Shown: positions 1-12,484 of the stretch, one piece after another | Position numbering within the stretch: position 1 is the stretch's first letter | How the letters are laid out: each line of letters begins with the position of its first letter | NCBI RefSeq assembly: GCF_963921235.1 | Contig: NC_086108.1 | Coordinates: 85,562,001-85,626,000 of the forward strand | Source of the DNA: Mobula hypostoma | Taxonomy: Eukaryota | Direction of reading: 5' to 3' | Length of the DNA stretch: 64,000 nt | Notes under the pieces: generated by a model | What the model was told of the DNA's origin: nothing | Databases searched by the model: none | The model's input: only the letters and a program-made list of their open reading frames with translations | Program-made: the position numbers and the translations under genes

Positions 1-264
1 CAAACATTGTGTTTCATCACAGCTAGCTGTAAAGCATTCTACATAATGTTTTCCCAACTCTTTTAAATAGACTGTATTCTGCAATGTGGAGTACCTGTGG
101 GATCCATAATCTTTTTGGTAATGCTGCTTAGTCAGGCAAGAACAGAAGTGGAGATTCTAACAAAATATTCTTTATTGAAAATTGTCAGTTGCCTGCAAAC
201 CACCTGCTTTAGTTCAACACTGTGTCAAAATTCATACCATATTTACACAGAGCACTTAAAGGAA

Positions 265-860
265 CAGTCACTCTCAGAGTTGTGTAAGACATTGCTAAGG
301 TCTAATTTGGAGTGTGTGTGCTGTTTTGGTCACCTACCTACAGGAAAGTGGTAGATAAGGTTGAAAGAGTACAGAGAAAATTTACAAGGATGTTGTAGGG
401 TCTGAAGGACCTGACTTATGTGGAAAGATTAGAAAGGTTAGGACTTTATTCCTTAGAATGTAGAAGATTGAGAGGAGATTTGATAAAGGTATGAAGGATA
501 TAGGTTTTATATAAACCCTGCGTAACTGCAAGCAGGCTTTTTCCACTGAGCTGTGGTGGAACTACAACTAGAGGTCATGGTTTAAGGGTGAAAGGTGAAA
601 GGTTTAAGGGAACAAAAGGGGGAACCTCTTCACTCAGAGGGTTGTGAGAGTGTGGAATGAGCTGCCAGTGCAAGTGGTGCATGTGAGCTCAATTTCAATG
701 CTTAATTGACATTTGGATAGGTACATGGATGATAAGGATATGGAGGGCTATGGTTCCAGTGCAGGTCAATGGCAGTAGGCAATTTAAAGGTTTTGGCGTG
801 GACTAGATGGGCTGAAGGGCCTGTTTCTGAGCTGTACTTTTCTATGACTCTATGGCTATA
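265..860 (+). mobile_element. CR1 LINE, 5'-truncated degenerate 3' fragment
   Basis: Degenerate CR1 ORF2 C-terminus (LCKTLLRSNLE, LERVQRKFTRML, LERLGLYSLE); 3' UTR GGGCTGAAGGGCCTGTTTC and TCTATGAC-type tail. Confidence 0.9.
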
Positions 861-1314
861 GTTATACTACACTACCTTTAAAGGCAACAAACTCCATGAA
901 ATTCGTCAGCTATCACATGAAAGTATATCAACAGTTTGTTGTTTACCAATTCATTGTTAAAATCATTGTTAAATTCATTGTTATATGTACTGTTGTGAAT
1001 GTAATTAAACACAATAGTACTCTTTTTATTTGTCCTTTTGACTACAAATTCTACACTATAAGATGAACTTAACATCTCTGCAGTAAACACATCAGCTACT
1101 AATAATGAATCATTTCTCTCAACAGGCTTCATATGTAACTAATCTCACAATCCACGCTTAATGATTAGCATATTAAAATTTCCCTTAGCTACGCATGCAT
1201 TGAATTGATTACTTTCTGAACATTAACAGTATGCCAGACACAACCCAGCTGATAACACTTAATTATGATGACTTTGTACACTGATACTTTGTTTCCCGTA
1301 TTGTGAACTCATAA

Positions 1315-1900
1315 ACTTTGTCAAGCGCCTCCACTCCATCCGCTAAAAACGGAATTTCCTGGATGCCAACCATTTTAATTCCTATCCCCATTCCCGCTCT
1401 GTTGTTAGTCCATGGCCTCCTTTTTGTTTTGCCACAATAAGGCCACTCTCAAGGTGGAAGAGCAACTCCTCATACTCCTTCTAGGTAGTCTCCAACCTAA
1501 TAGCATGAACATTGATTTCTCCTTCTGGTAATAATCCCCCCCCCCCCCCGTTTCCCTTGTCTTCTATTCCCTACTCTGGCCTTACCTGCTCACCTGCTTA
1601 TCACCTTCCCCTGGTGTGCCTCCATCTTCCCTTCTCCCATGGTCCACTCTCCTCTCTGATCAGATTCCTTCTTCTCTAGCCCTTTACCTTTCTCACCCAC
1701 CTGGCTTCACCTATCACCTTCTAGTTAGTCCTTCTTCCCCTTCCCTCCACCTTTTTTATTCCGGCAATTTTCCCCTTCCTTTACAGTCCTGAAGTGTTGA
1801 AAGCTTATTCATCTCCATAGATGCTGCCTGACCTGCTGAGTTCCCCCAGCGTTTTGTGTGCGTTGCTCTGGATTTCCAACATCTGCAGAATTCTTGTGTG
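1315..1900 (+). mobile_element. Penelope-like element (PLE) 3' fragment
   Basis: Degenerate GIY-YIG C-terminal region (ANHFNS), pyrimidine-rich tract, terminal module CCATAGATGCTGCCTGACCTGCTGAGTTCC shared with other PLE copies; hammerhead region deleted. Confidence 0.85.
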
Positions 1901-3568
1901 TACAATCTTCGGCTTGGATTCGTTTTTAAATCACCTCATCTTGGTACCTCCACATTCATTCTTTTGCATGTAGACGTCCTGTCGACACTGGACCTTTCTG
2001 TTTTCCCATCATCCTTTTGAGTTGCCAGTTTGGACCTTCCTTCTCTGGATTGACTCTGATGTACCCAATTCATTTATGAATAATTGCAAACATTATGCTT
2101 GATTTTGTTTTTCTGTTGGCTGTTGAAGTATCAGTTCAACCTTGGCAAATGCAGCCCACCAACAGCCATTGATAATGTACTCATTGAATCTTGGCTTTGT
2201 CTCTTTCATTACAGACTTACTAATCCATAGAAAATAAAGCTGAGCCTTGACATTGATGCTTGAAGATGTCCATTTTTGCAATTGTGATTTTCTATGGATA
2301 TGCAGTTATTGAAAGAACAGGAACTTCTCTTATTAGCCCGTTTAACTATTGTCTTAATGTTTAGGGGTTTATGTCTTTAATGCAGCTGTCATTATCAGGC
2401 AATGACTAAGATGTGCAGTGATGAAGTTGCCATTGGGTTAACCTGCCAACTTCAGCAAGAAGTAAAGCAGGCTTATTGGGCAACTGCCAAACGGTTGCGT
2501 GGTGACTGCAACGATGTGGTCTGGCCCGTAAACAGCACATTATAAATACCAGTTGTGGCAGCTGTTATACTTCAGTATTATCACAAGCTGATACATTCAA
2601 TTGGTTAACAATGCTTTGTCTTGCAAAATAGGATAATTAAAAGTTGAATGTTTTATTAATTGAAATTATTCATTTCCAAGTTGCTTTTGTGTCACTTCAA
2701 CCATCTTACTGTCACCTCTTGCCCTGAGACGGTTTTGTGACCTCAACAGTGTGGCACCTTTCCCCACGTGATGCACCTTTTGGAGTTTTGCAGGAGGCCT
2801 GGACCACCCAGGGGTTCCTTTGTTGGGCTCTTTTCAGACCGAAATATGTTAACCTCGCAGTCAATCTGATCTGCATTTTTCATGAACCCCAATGCAGCAC
2901 TAGAATTTCTAAGCAGTGTTCTTTCAAGTAGAATTTCTTCCTGAACTATCTTGTCAGCCAACATAGGTTCAATGGAAAGACAATGGAAACCTTACTGGAC
3001 TGAGTTTATTGGCGTGGGGGGTTCTTCCAAAGTTACAATGACTGATTTGCCATCCCTTCATCACTCCCACCATAACCAGCCTTGAGAAAATCCTAACATC
3101 TGTGTTTAACAAAATTCAATCAGAAGATTCTGCTAAGCCGTTATATTGATTATTATGAGAGCAATCACAGTGTCAGGTTGTAAAGTGGAAGCAGGATACA
3201 ATCTAACACTGTCCTAGTAAACTGCAGAATGTCATTTAATCCTGTGTTCAATTGCCAGCTCATCTACAGGAGGATGAGTAAAGGTGAGATCAGCTGGAGG
3301 TGAAAAAAGATGGTCAACAAAAATCAGTCAGAGATTCAGCCAAATATGTAGAATTAGCTGTGGGGAAAGAGGTGACATTTGCGGGCTGTGGAAGCGTAAG
3401 CATGAATCTAATAATCAAATTAGCCAATGATACACTTAAATGCCAATGATATCAAATTGAAAAATTTCATTGAAGATAATAACAATAGAAAATGAGGATG
3501 GAAAGCCAATAATTTACAAAAGAAGTATTTTTTTCTCTCTGTGGAGAGAACTTACTCATATTTTCTAA

Positions 3569-3810
3569 AGCAACACACATATATACACAAAATGCTAGAG
3601 GAACATGGCAGGCCAGGCAGCATCTATAGAAAAGAGTAAACAATCCACGTTTCAAACCGAGACCCTTCATCAAGACTGATGAAGGCCCAAAATGCCTATT
3701 GTGTACTCTTCTCCATAGATGTTGCCTGGCCTGCTGAATTCCTCCAGCATTTTGTGTGCATTACTTCGAATTTCCAGCATCTGCAGATTTTCTTGTGCTT
3801 TTGATAGTTG
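3569..3810. mobile_element. Fold-back (self-inverted) PLE terminal-module mini-element
   Basis: Two PLE terminal modules back to back around CCTTCATCA-agac-TGATGAAGG (3664-3685); flanked by direct repeat TATTTTCTAA at 3559-3568 and 3811-3820. Confidence 0.85.
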
Positions 3811-4330
3811 TATTTTCTAATTGTACTTTGGTTTAGTCATGTAGTCTGTGAACAAGTTTGAGGTCCTGCATATTTTATTGTGTATAGCACTCTGATCAAA
3901 ATGTGCTCACTAGGGCAGACCACTGGAATTAGCACTCAAAATGTTCTCTCTATACACTGACCTAGCTGTCAACCAGAGGATGTGCGGATGTCAGCACTTG
4001 TGATTTGACTTTTCTCATAGTGGCAGATTTTATTACTCATGGCTTGCTAACTGGTCAGGCTTTGTGGATATGGTTTAGTGGGTTGCTGATTTCTCAAGTA
4101 AACCAAGTCAAATCCACAACACTTGAGTTGCATCACTTTAAAAGAAAATTCACTTCAAAAAGGACTCAGTTTTTTTTCATAAAGGGTTCAATAAAAAAAC
4201 TGTGAAATGTTAAATAGAGAAAGAAATTCAAAAGGTGTTCTAATCCTGCTCCTTTCCTTATTTGACATGGAGAGCCTCTTGCATCTGTTCCAAAAGGCAT
4301 TACAGAAAAATCAAAACAAATCCCATTGAA

Positions 4331-5449
4331 CGCAAACGGGAGGAAATCTGCAGATGCTAGAATTTCAAGCAACACACATAAAAGTTGCTGGTGAACGCAG
4401 CATCTCTAGGAAGAGGTACAGTCAACGTTTTGGGCCGAGACCCTTCGTCAGGACTAACTGAAAGGAGAGCTAGTAAGAGATTTGAAAGTGGGAGGGGGAG
4501 GGGAAGATCCAAAATGATAGGAGAAGACAGGAGGGGGAGGGATGGAGCCAAGAGCTGGACAGGTGATTGGCAAAAGGGATATGAGAGGATCATGGGACAG
4601 GAGGCCCAGGGAGAAGGAAAAAGGGGAGGGGGGAACCCAGAGGATGGGCAAGGGGTATAGTGAGAGGGACAGAGGGAGAAAAAGGAGAGAGAGAAAAAGA
4701 ATACATATAAAAAAATGGATGGGGTATGAGGGGGAGGTGGGGCATTAACGGAAGTTAGAGAAGTCAATGTTCATGCCGTCAAGTTGGAGGCTACCCAGAC
4801 GGAATATAAGGTGTTGTTCCTCCAACCTGAGTGTGGCTTCCTCTTGACAGTAGAGGAGGCCGTGGATACGACATATCAGAATGGGAATGGGACGTGGAAT
4901 TAAAATGTGTGGTCACTGGGAGATCCTGCTTTCTCTGGCGGACAGAGCATAGGTATTCAGCGAAACGGTCTCCCAGTCTGCGTCGTGTCTCGCCAATATA
5001 TAGAAGGCCGCATCGGGAGCACCGGACGCAGTATATCACCCAGCCGACTCAGAAGTGAAGTGTCGCCTCACCTGGAAGGACTGTCTGGGGCCCTGAATGG
5101 TAGTGAAGAAGGACGTGTAAGGACATGTGTAGCACTTGTTCCGCTTACAAGGATAAGTGCCGGGAGGGAGATTGGTGGGGATGGATGGGCAGGGGGGACT
5201 AATGGACAAGGGAGTCGCATAGGGAGCGATCCCTGTGGAAAGCGGGGGAGGGAAAGCTGTGCTTAGTGGTGGGATCCCATTGGAGGTGGTGGAAGTTACG
5301 GAGAATTATATGTTGGACCCGGAGGTTGGTGGGGTGGTAGGTGAGGACAAGGGAGACCCTATCTCTAGTGGGGTGACAGGAGGATGGGGTGACAGCAGAA
5401 GTGCGTGAAATGGGGGAGATGCGTTTGAGAGCAGAGTTGATGGTGGAGG
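4331..5449 (-). mobile_element. Penelope-like element, 5'-truncated, with GIY-YIG endonuclease remnant
   Basis: ORF 4791-5039 IYCVRCSRCGLLYIGETRRRLGDRFAEYL; perfect 12-bp TSD AATCCCATTGAA at 4319-4330 and 5450-5461. Confidence 0.95.
4419..4456 (-). ncRNA. Minimal type-I hammerhead ribozyme motif (GAAA mutated to AAAA)
   Basis: Minus strand UAGUC CUGACGA A GGGUC UC GGCCC AAAA CG UU GACUG. Confidence 0.75.
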
Positions 5450-5580
5450 AATCCCATTGAATTACACTCAGTAATGAAAATGCAACAGTTTGCAAAAGTT
5501 CAGCAGGTCAAGTGTCATTGTCAGAGGGAAAAACGGAGTTAATGTCTCTGGTCTGTGTCCTATCATCAGAGTATATGTAT

Positions 5581-5657
5581 TATGCTCAGTATCCACTTCA
5601 TCAGATACAGGAAGTACCTATAACATGGCCTTGAGTGTATGTTCATGGTATTCTGCT
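5581..5657 (-). mobile_element. Degenerate terminal palindrome of a Tc1-like non-autonomous element
   Basis: Decayed inverted match to the TIR-TIR end at 42733-42789; a further lone TIR copy TACCTAATAAAGTGGCTACTGAGTGTA lies at 6243-6269. Confidence 0.6.
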
Positions 5658-5699
5658 TGACATGTTGTGCACCTTGATCATGCCGGCAGGCTTTTATGC

Positions 5700-6215
5700 A
5701 ATGAGTTGCAACGTGATTGGCTAATTAAGGCTGAATCGAGGAGGCAGGGTCCAGGCCCAGAGCATATCAAAGTGACAGAACCTGATGTTTGGATGACAAT
5801 TCAGATGCTGGGCCGAATCCAAATGGTCAGGTACTGGTCATACTGAGGCAGCAGGATCCAGGCCCCTGAGCATATCAACCACAACTGAACCCCATGTTTG
5901 GATGATGATTTAAGCACTGGGCCAGATTGAAAAGGTCAGGGTGTTGGGATCCGATCCGAGGGATGGGCCGGTTCGGCTCGCTGAACTAAGAGCTTGTGGA
6001 CAGACTCCCTTTGTGGACTTTAGTTCAGAACACTATTTGCTTGCATTTATTTTTGGCATGATTTGTTTTTTTTTCTCTGCACATTGTGTGTTTGATGGTC
6101 TTTTTTAAATGAGTTCTTTTGGGTTTCTCTGTTTTGTGGCTGCCTGTAAGGAGATGAATCTCATGTTTTGCATAATGTATACACGCTTTGATAATAAATG
6201 TACTTTGAACTTTGA
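5700..6215 (+). mobile_element. Non-autonomous retroposon with Rex1-type 3' tail and internal ~105-bp tandem duplication
   Basis: Tail TGATAATAAATGTACTTTGAACTTTGA matches the Rex1 end at 8641-8700; body matches 50340-50440 on the minus strand; repeat units approx. 5741-5844 and 5845-5950. Confidence 0.75.
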
Positions 6216-7721
6216 TTAGATATGCAAGGAGCTCTACTGGAATACCTAATAAAGTGGCTACTGAGTGTATACTAGAACATTTTTATTTGGCTTGAACTCT
6301 GTGTCCTTAGTAGATGACATGGGTGTAAGCATCAGCTTGTTCTGCCCTCAGCCAGCTGCAGAATTGAAGCTCGTTGAGTTCTGTGTGCACTGACTGCATT
6401 CCCTGTGCAATAATTAACTTGTGTTCTCATTATGGTTTCTCCCTTGGCACACTAACCTGTCGTGCTGTTTGTTTATAGCAGCGAAGTGCATCACTCTTAA
6501 TCTTATCGTGGAATGATTAAGAAATGATGTAAACCTGGGACTTAGGCGTGAAAGTGATATCACAGAAGGTCAACGTGGAACATCATAAAATTGCTGAACA
6601 TTGATTCTGGTTGCTGACTGTTAACTGGATGTTCTCCTTCAATAAATCCATGCACTGACCCTATCCTCTGTCTTCTCCTTATCTGCTCTAACTAACTCTG
6701 GGAAGCTGTGAAATATTGTAGTTTAGTGATACTCATCTTTTCATTCCAAAACACGACATGCACTGATAAATTCAAGGGCAATGCGCTTTCATTATTATTC
6801 CATTATGTTCTCGGAGCCTGACATGGATTGTCCATGTATTCTGCTCTTTCTGCTTCAAGAAACTATGATAAACAGATCGCCCTCTCTGGCTGACAGCCAT
6901 TGCCTCACACCTAAAACAAGAACAGATTACAGCACGCTTTCTCTGGTATGTTCTGCTGTTTATTCACTTACTTTAACTGTTCCTCAGGAGGCCTTGGAAT
7001 GCAGAGTAATGACCTAATCAGGGAGAAAGGGTCATTGTGTCCTCTCACCATGAAAACAAAGACAGAGAAGAATTGGAATAATGTTATCTGTTGTTATATT
7101 ACAGTCACTAAAAAGGAATTTGAATCACAGGTCATTTTCTAGTAATGTTCCACAGAGTGTGATATTTTAGTTTCAGTGCTAGATTCAATAAGGTGCCCCA
7201 AACTATACAAGATGTTCAACGCTCCTATATTTCAAACTCAAGAGTCTCTTTAGGGAGGGAGAGGAGCATTTATGATTAATTTTAAATGTTCATCATCTTG
7301 CACAATAGAAAAATTCAATAGCGATGGTGAATATGACTTTTGGAAGATTTGAGCTCCAACCCATGCACATTTGATTGGTTAACTATAATGGGCCCTTTTT
7401 GTCTTTTTCTCCCCCCTTTCTTTTGCTTACTAACCCTTTAGTTAAGTCAATACTCATAAATATAATTCATATGCAGTGTGCTATCTGTTATTTCCTGGCT
7501 TTAGCAGGGTACCAAATAACACAGCATACACACAAACTGGGCTTTAGGTGGAAGAGATGTCCCAATGTCATGGATTTGGTGGGACCAGAATGTGTATTCT
7601 CTAGATTTACGCGGCCCCAGAATCGTGAGTCGTTTTGGCGCAGAGTGGGAAGGCTGCCAGCCAGGGCTCACGAGCTGTTCCCAGAGAAGCCTGAGAAAAC
7701 GAGGGTTTCACATGCAATTAT

Positions 7722-7865
7722 AGTGTCATACAGCAAAGCAACCAGCCCTTCCAACATTACCCACCCATCAGATTCTACCAATCATCTATTTGAGACAATT
7801 TACAATGGTCAATTAACCTACCAATTCACACCTTTTTGGGATATGGAACGAAACTGGAGCACATT
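7722..7865 (-). mobile_element. V-SINE/HE1-like fragment
   Basis: CAATTTACAATGGTCAATTAACCTACC...GAAACTGGAGCAC matches the copies at 29885-30150 and 63255-63543. Confidence 0.6.
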
Positions 7866-8177
7866 GGATTTCCACATTAACAGACTGCGTCTGTCTCAAA
7901 ATCCGTCCCCTTACCTAGAAACTTAATTCAATCTTGCAATCAAATGCTGCAATGTGTATTGCGGTACTGTGATTGTTATTAGATACAGTAGCTATTCATA
8001 GGCCATTAGGCTGTTAACTAAATTTGGCTCATTACTCTGTTATTAATCTTTAGAGCCTAGTTGCCTATTCGTTTAAAATTGCACTATTTTTCAGTAATGC
8101 ACAGACTATGTGTTTCATATATACATTTGGCAACGTGGCAGGTTGGGTAAGAGGTACTTACGAAGGCATGTGAATAC

Positions 8178-8392
8178 AAGAAGATAAACAAATAGGAACA
8201 CGAATAGGCCACCTGGCCCTTAAGCACGCCCAGCTGTGCAATATGATAATGGCTAACGTATGTTAGCCTCAAATCCTCTTCTGCATCAGTTCCCAAAACA
8301 CTCATTCTTCAATCTTTCAAAAACGTTTCTATTTCCACCTTAAATATTTAGCCTCCACCACCCAGAAATCTCTGGGGCAGAGAATTCCAAGG
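8178..8392 (-). mobile_element. CR1 3' tail fragment
   Basis: ATAGGAACACGAATAGGCCACCTGGCCC 3' UTR and GGCAGAGAATTCCA (WNSLP) on the minus strand. Confidence 0.7.
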
Positions 8393-8640
8393 ATGCTTAG
8401 ATGTGTAAACAGAGGCACTAAAAAAAGGTCATGGTAAACATTTTCATATTAAATGATACAAAATGAGTATTATTAATAGTTTTAAGCCAGGCATTTTAAA
8501 AAGGAAGCCAATGGCTTGTGTGGGGTAGAGCAGATTTACTATGCTGAGACCAACAATGAAGAATTAATCTTAGATGAGAAAAGCTGCCCTTGTGGTCATT
8601 AAAGAAAAGGAGGTTGAAGGAATATGTAACAGAGGTATTT

Positions 8641-10565
8641 AAGGTTCAAAGGGCAAAGTTTAAAGTAAATTTATTATCAAGGTACATATATGTCACCATT
8701 AACAACCCTGAGATTCGTTTTCTTGTGGGCATACTCAATACATCCAATAACCATAATAGAATTAATAAAAGATTGCCCCGGCAGAAATTACACCCAATGT
8801 GCAAAAGACCACAAACTGTGAAAATGCAAAAAGAAAGACAAAAAAAGTAGTAGTAATACTAATAATAAATGTAGAGAACATGAGATGAGGAGGCTTTGAA
8901 AGTGAGCCCATAGGGGCAAGTGAAGCTGAGTGAAGTTCTCTCATCTGGTTCAGGAGCCTGATGGTTGAGGGGTAATAATGGTTCCTGAACCTGGTGTTGT
9001 GAGTCCTGCAATTCCTTTCTTCCTGATGGCAGCAGCGAGAAGAGAACATGCCCTGGGTGGCAGGGTCCCTGTTAATGGATGCTGCTTTCCTGTGACAATG
9101 CTCCGTGTAGGTGTGCTCATTTCTGGGAAGGGCTTTACCTGCGATGAACTGGGCCATGTCCACTGCAGTTTGCAAGATTTTTCATTCAAGGAATTTGGTG
9201 TTTCTATACCAGGCTGTGATGCAGCCAGTCAATATACTCTCCACCACACACCTATAGAATTAGTCGAAGTTACAGATGTCACGCTGAATCTTTGCAAACT
9301 CCTAAGGAAGTAGAGGCACTGTTGTGCTTTCTTCCTAATTGCACGTACGTATTGGGCCTAGGACAGATCCTTTGACATGATAACACTGATAAATTTAAAG
9401 TCACTGATGAGGACTGGCTCATGGACCTCCGGTTTCCCTCCCCTGAAGTCAATAATCAGCTCCTTGGTCTTGCTAACTTAGAGTAGGAGGTTGTTGTTGT
9501 GACACCACCCGGCCAGATTTTCATTTTCCCTTCTATATGCTGATTTGTCACCACTTTAGATTTGGCCTACGTCACGGGTGTTGTCAGCAAACTTAAACCT
9601 GACTTTGGAGTTGTGCCTAGACTCACAATTATAAGTGTAAAGCAAGTCGTGCATGAGGCTAAGCACACAGCCTTGTGGTGCAACTGTGCTGATGGGGATT
9701 GTGGAGGAGATGTTGTTGCCAATCTGAACTGACTAGTGAGTAAATTGAGAATCCAATTGCACAAGGGTGTATTGAGGCCAAGGTCTTATGGCTTATTGAT
9801 TAGTTTTGAGGGGATGATAGCATTGAATGCCAAGGTGTAGTCAATAAAGAGCATGCTGAGGTTCATGTCTTTGTTGCCCAGATGTTCCAGGGTTGATTGA
9901 AGAGCCAATGAAATGCCATCTGCTGTGGACCTGTTGTGCCAGTAGGCAAATTGGAGTGAATTCAAGTTGCTTCTTGGGGAGGAATTGATATGTTTCATCA
10001 CCAAACTCTGAAAACGGTTCCTCCCTGTGGATGTGAGTGCAAAAGGCCGATAGTTACTGAGGCAGGTTACCATGTCGTTCTTAGGCGCCAGTATAATTGC
10101 AGCCTGCTTAAAGCATGTGGGTACCTCAGACTGCCAAAGCGAGGGGTTAAAGATATCAGTGAACACTCCAGCTAGTTGATGAGCACAGGTCTTTATTACT
10201 GAGCGAGGTACCCAGACTAGGCCGAATGCTTTCCATGGGTTCACCCTCATGAAATATACTCTCACGTTGGCCTCAGAGATTGAAATCACAGGATCATCAG
10301 GGGCTGTGGGAGTTTGTGATGGTTCTTCCATGTTTTGACGGCCAACGTGAGCATAGAATGCATTGAGCTCATCTGGAAGTGAAGCCCCTTTGTCACCTTC
10401 AGTATGTCACTTGATCAGCTTTCCAGATACAGCCAGAGGGATGGTAGCTTCACCTTGTAAGAGGTGATGGCACTCAAGCGCTGCCACAGCTGTCGAGCAT
10501 CCTTCATTGATTCAAGTTTAGTCTGGAATTGCCACTTCACCCATGAGATGGCTTTCCGGAGATCA
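8641..10565 (-). mobile_element. Rex1/Babar-clade non-LTR retrotransposon, 5'-truncated, frameshifted RT
   Basis: ORF 9786-10331 KTCAHQLAGVFTDIFN...NYRPFALTS...QFAYWHNRSTAD...MLFIDYTLAFNAIIPSKL; C-terminus TRFRNHYYPSTIRLLN; TTTGAAC-type tail. Confidence 0.92.
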
Positions 10566-12484
10566 TCAACTAGTGTTTTCTATAGATAAAGGAAAAATTC
10601 AGAAAGAATAATGAGACAAAACTTACAATTGAGTGAGCAAGGAAATGAGGGGAATTACTTTCAAGCAGGGAGCTGTTAAAATTATAAACACCAACTAAAG
10701 CAGAATCTGTGAAAATTTTAAAAACGCAATTGGATCAGATGGGGACTAACTAACAGAGTTAAAGGGGAGAACATTGGGGCATGGGGGTCTTTCAAAGACT
10801 TGACGTAAGCTTGATGAAATCTCCTTCTCTGTTGTAAAGTTTCATAATTTCATAAATGCGCAGAAGTTTGAGTTGGAAGCATACACCAAAGATTGCGTTG
10901 AAGATGTTGTCTACAATGTTCCGAGAAATGGCAACAGTTCCCTTTGCCTTTATTGAGTAGATTAAATTTCCTGTGCAAACAACAGTGAATTTGGAAAATA
11001 TAATTTCCCATGTGATAACTTGTGATTTCCCAATGATGTTTTGGATCTATTAAACAGTTATCATACTAGAAGTTCCCAGTAGTTATTCTGGGATAGTTAC
11101 CACTTGGGCCCTGTGCGAGATATAAAAAGACTCCTTTTGTTTTAATGAACAAATTTCTGAAAGGATGGTAACTTCAATTTATTTTTGTTAATGGAATTAA
11201 CTTGAGCATATTCATTTATTTCTTGTGTTAATTAGTCGTGTAGTATTTTGAATATACATGAAATTCGGGGTGTGTGTTAACCAGCTGTCAAAGCATTACT
11301 GTGAGTGGAGCTTTCCACATACAGCACAGGACTCTGTGTTGCTGCCCAAAAGGAGCAGTGGTCCTCCAATGGAGGTTAGTGGTCCTTGTAGTAATGTCAG
11401 TAGATGCCCAATCTACAATTGGCATTGCTTGTGCAAAATGATACCACTGTTATGTAGTTCATGAATAGCAGAAGCAAGCTGTGACAGGTGTGTCAGGCCC
11501 TGCTCCAAGATGAGGTTTGTTTCACCTATGCCACTGAGTGGAAGTCTGAGAGGCCTGAAAGTAGATCTTCCTCTCTGACACCATCCACAAATAATTTCTT
11601 AATTATTTTCCTCCTCTGCTTCAGTAGATATCACTGCTGCTGTGATGACATTGGGTTTGCTGACCATGAAGTTCTAAACTCAAACAGAGAGCTTAAACAC
11701 TTTGGATATAAATAACCACGATTACTCTCAGTAAAGGGAGATTGTACTGTAACTACTTAATCTTCAAAGACTAATCCACTTCCCTGTTTATTCTCTATGG
11801 CGAGTTCAGCTGTCAATATCACTATTTGGGAGGTGGGTCTCCCCCTATCCCCCACCACCAAGGCAAAGATACTTCCAGGTAACAAAATAGTTTAAAACAC
11901 CATTCATTTATTTTCAGTGATATATATTTAAATCCAAATAACACTCTTAAAACACATTTAAAATACACAGAGGATTTCTATCTTAAACATTTCCAAATTA
12001 CAAGCCACTTCTAAAACAGAAAGCATTTCAAAAATACAGGTATACTTCCTATAAACTAAAAAAAACATACTAATGATGCAGGCGAATGAATCACCCATCA
12101 AAGAAAATGAAGCCGGGGAATAGATTCTAGTTCACCCAGTGTTTCTTTTATGTTTCTTGATGTTCCTTACCCCATTTCTAATAAGCCTGAACTTCTCTGC
12201 ACATTTATACACTTTCTTTGCTCCTTGGGTGACTTCATATGTACAGTATATGATATTTCTTCAGTTGTCCTTTTTACTCAAATGGTTTAATAGCTTTTTG
12301 GTTACACAGATTCCAGCTACCACAATTGATGCTGTGAATTCTAACTTCCTTAAGTACATAAGACTCCCAACTTATTAATAGATCAGTTATTGATATGCTA
12401 CGTGGTTTATCTCCATCGACTCTGCAAGCTTCTTTGAACTAAGCAACTTAACCAGTTTTGTCTATTCTGAAACAAGCCAAATTA

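Noticed and set aside
948..983. 12-bp repeat x3 giving NNEF/NNDF in a minus-strand ORF
   Set aside because: Simple local tandem repeat; no evidence that the ORF is coding.
2340..3150. Possible decayed coding sequence (e.g. LICHPFIT, resembling a kinase end)
   Set aside because: No other kinase motifs, frequent stops and no splice support.
7375..7926. 183-aa ORF
   Set aside because: Non-ATG start, runs through a SINE fragment, no recognisable domain.
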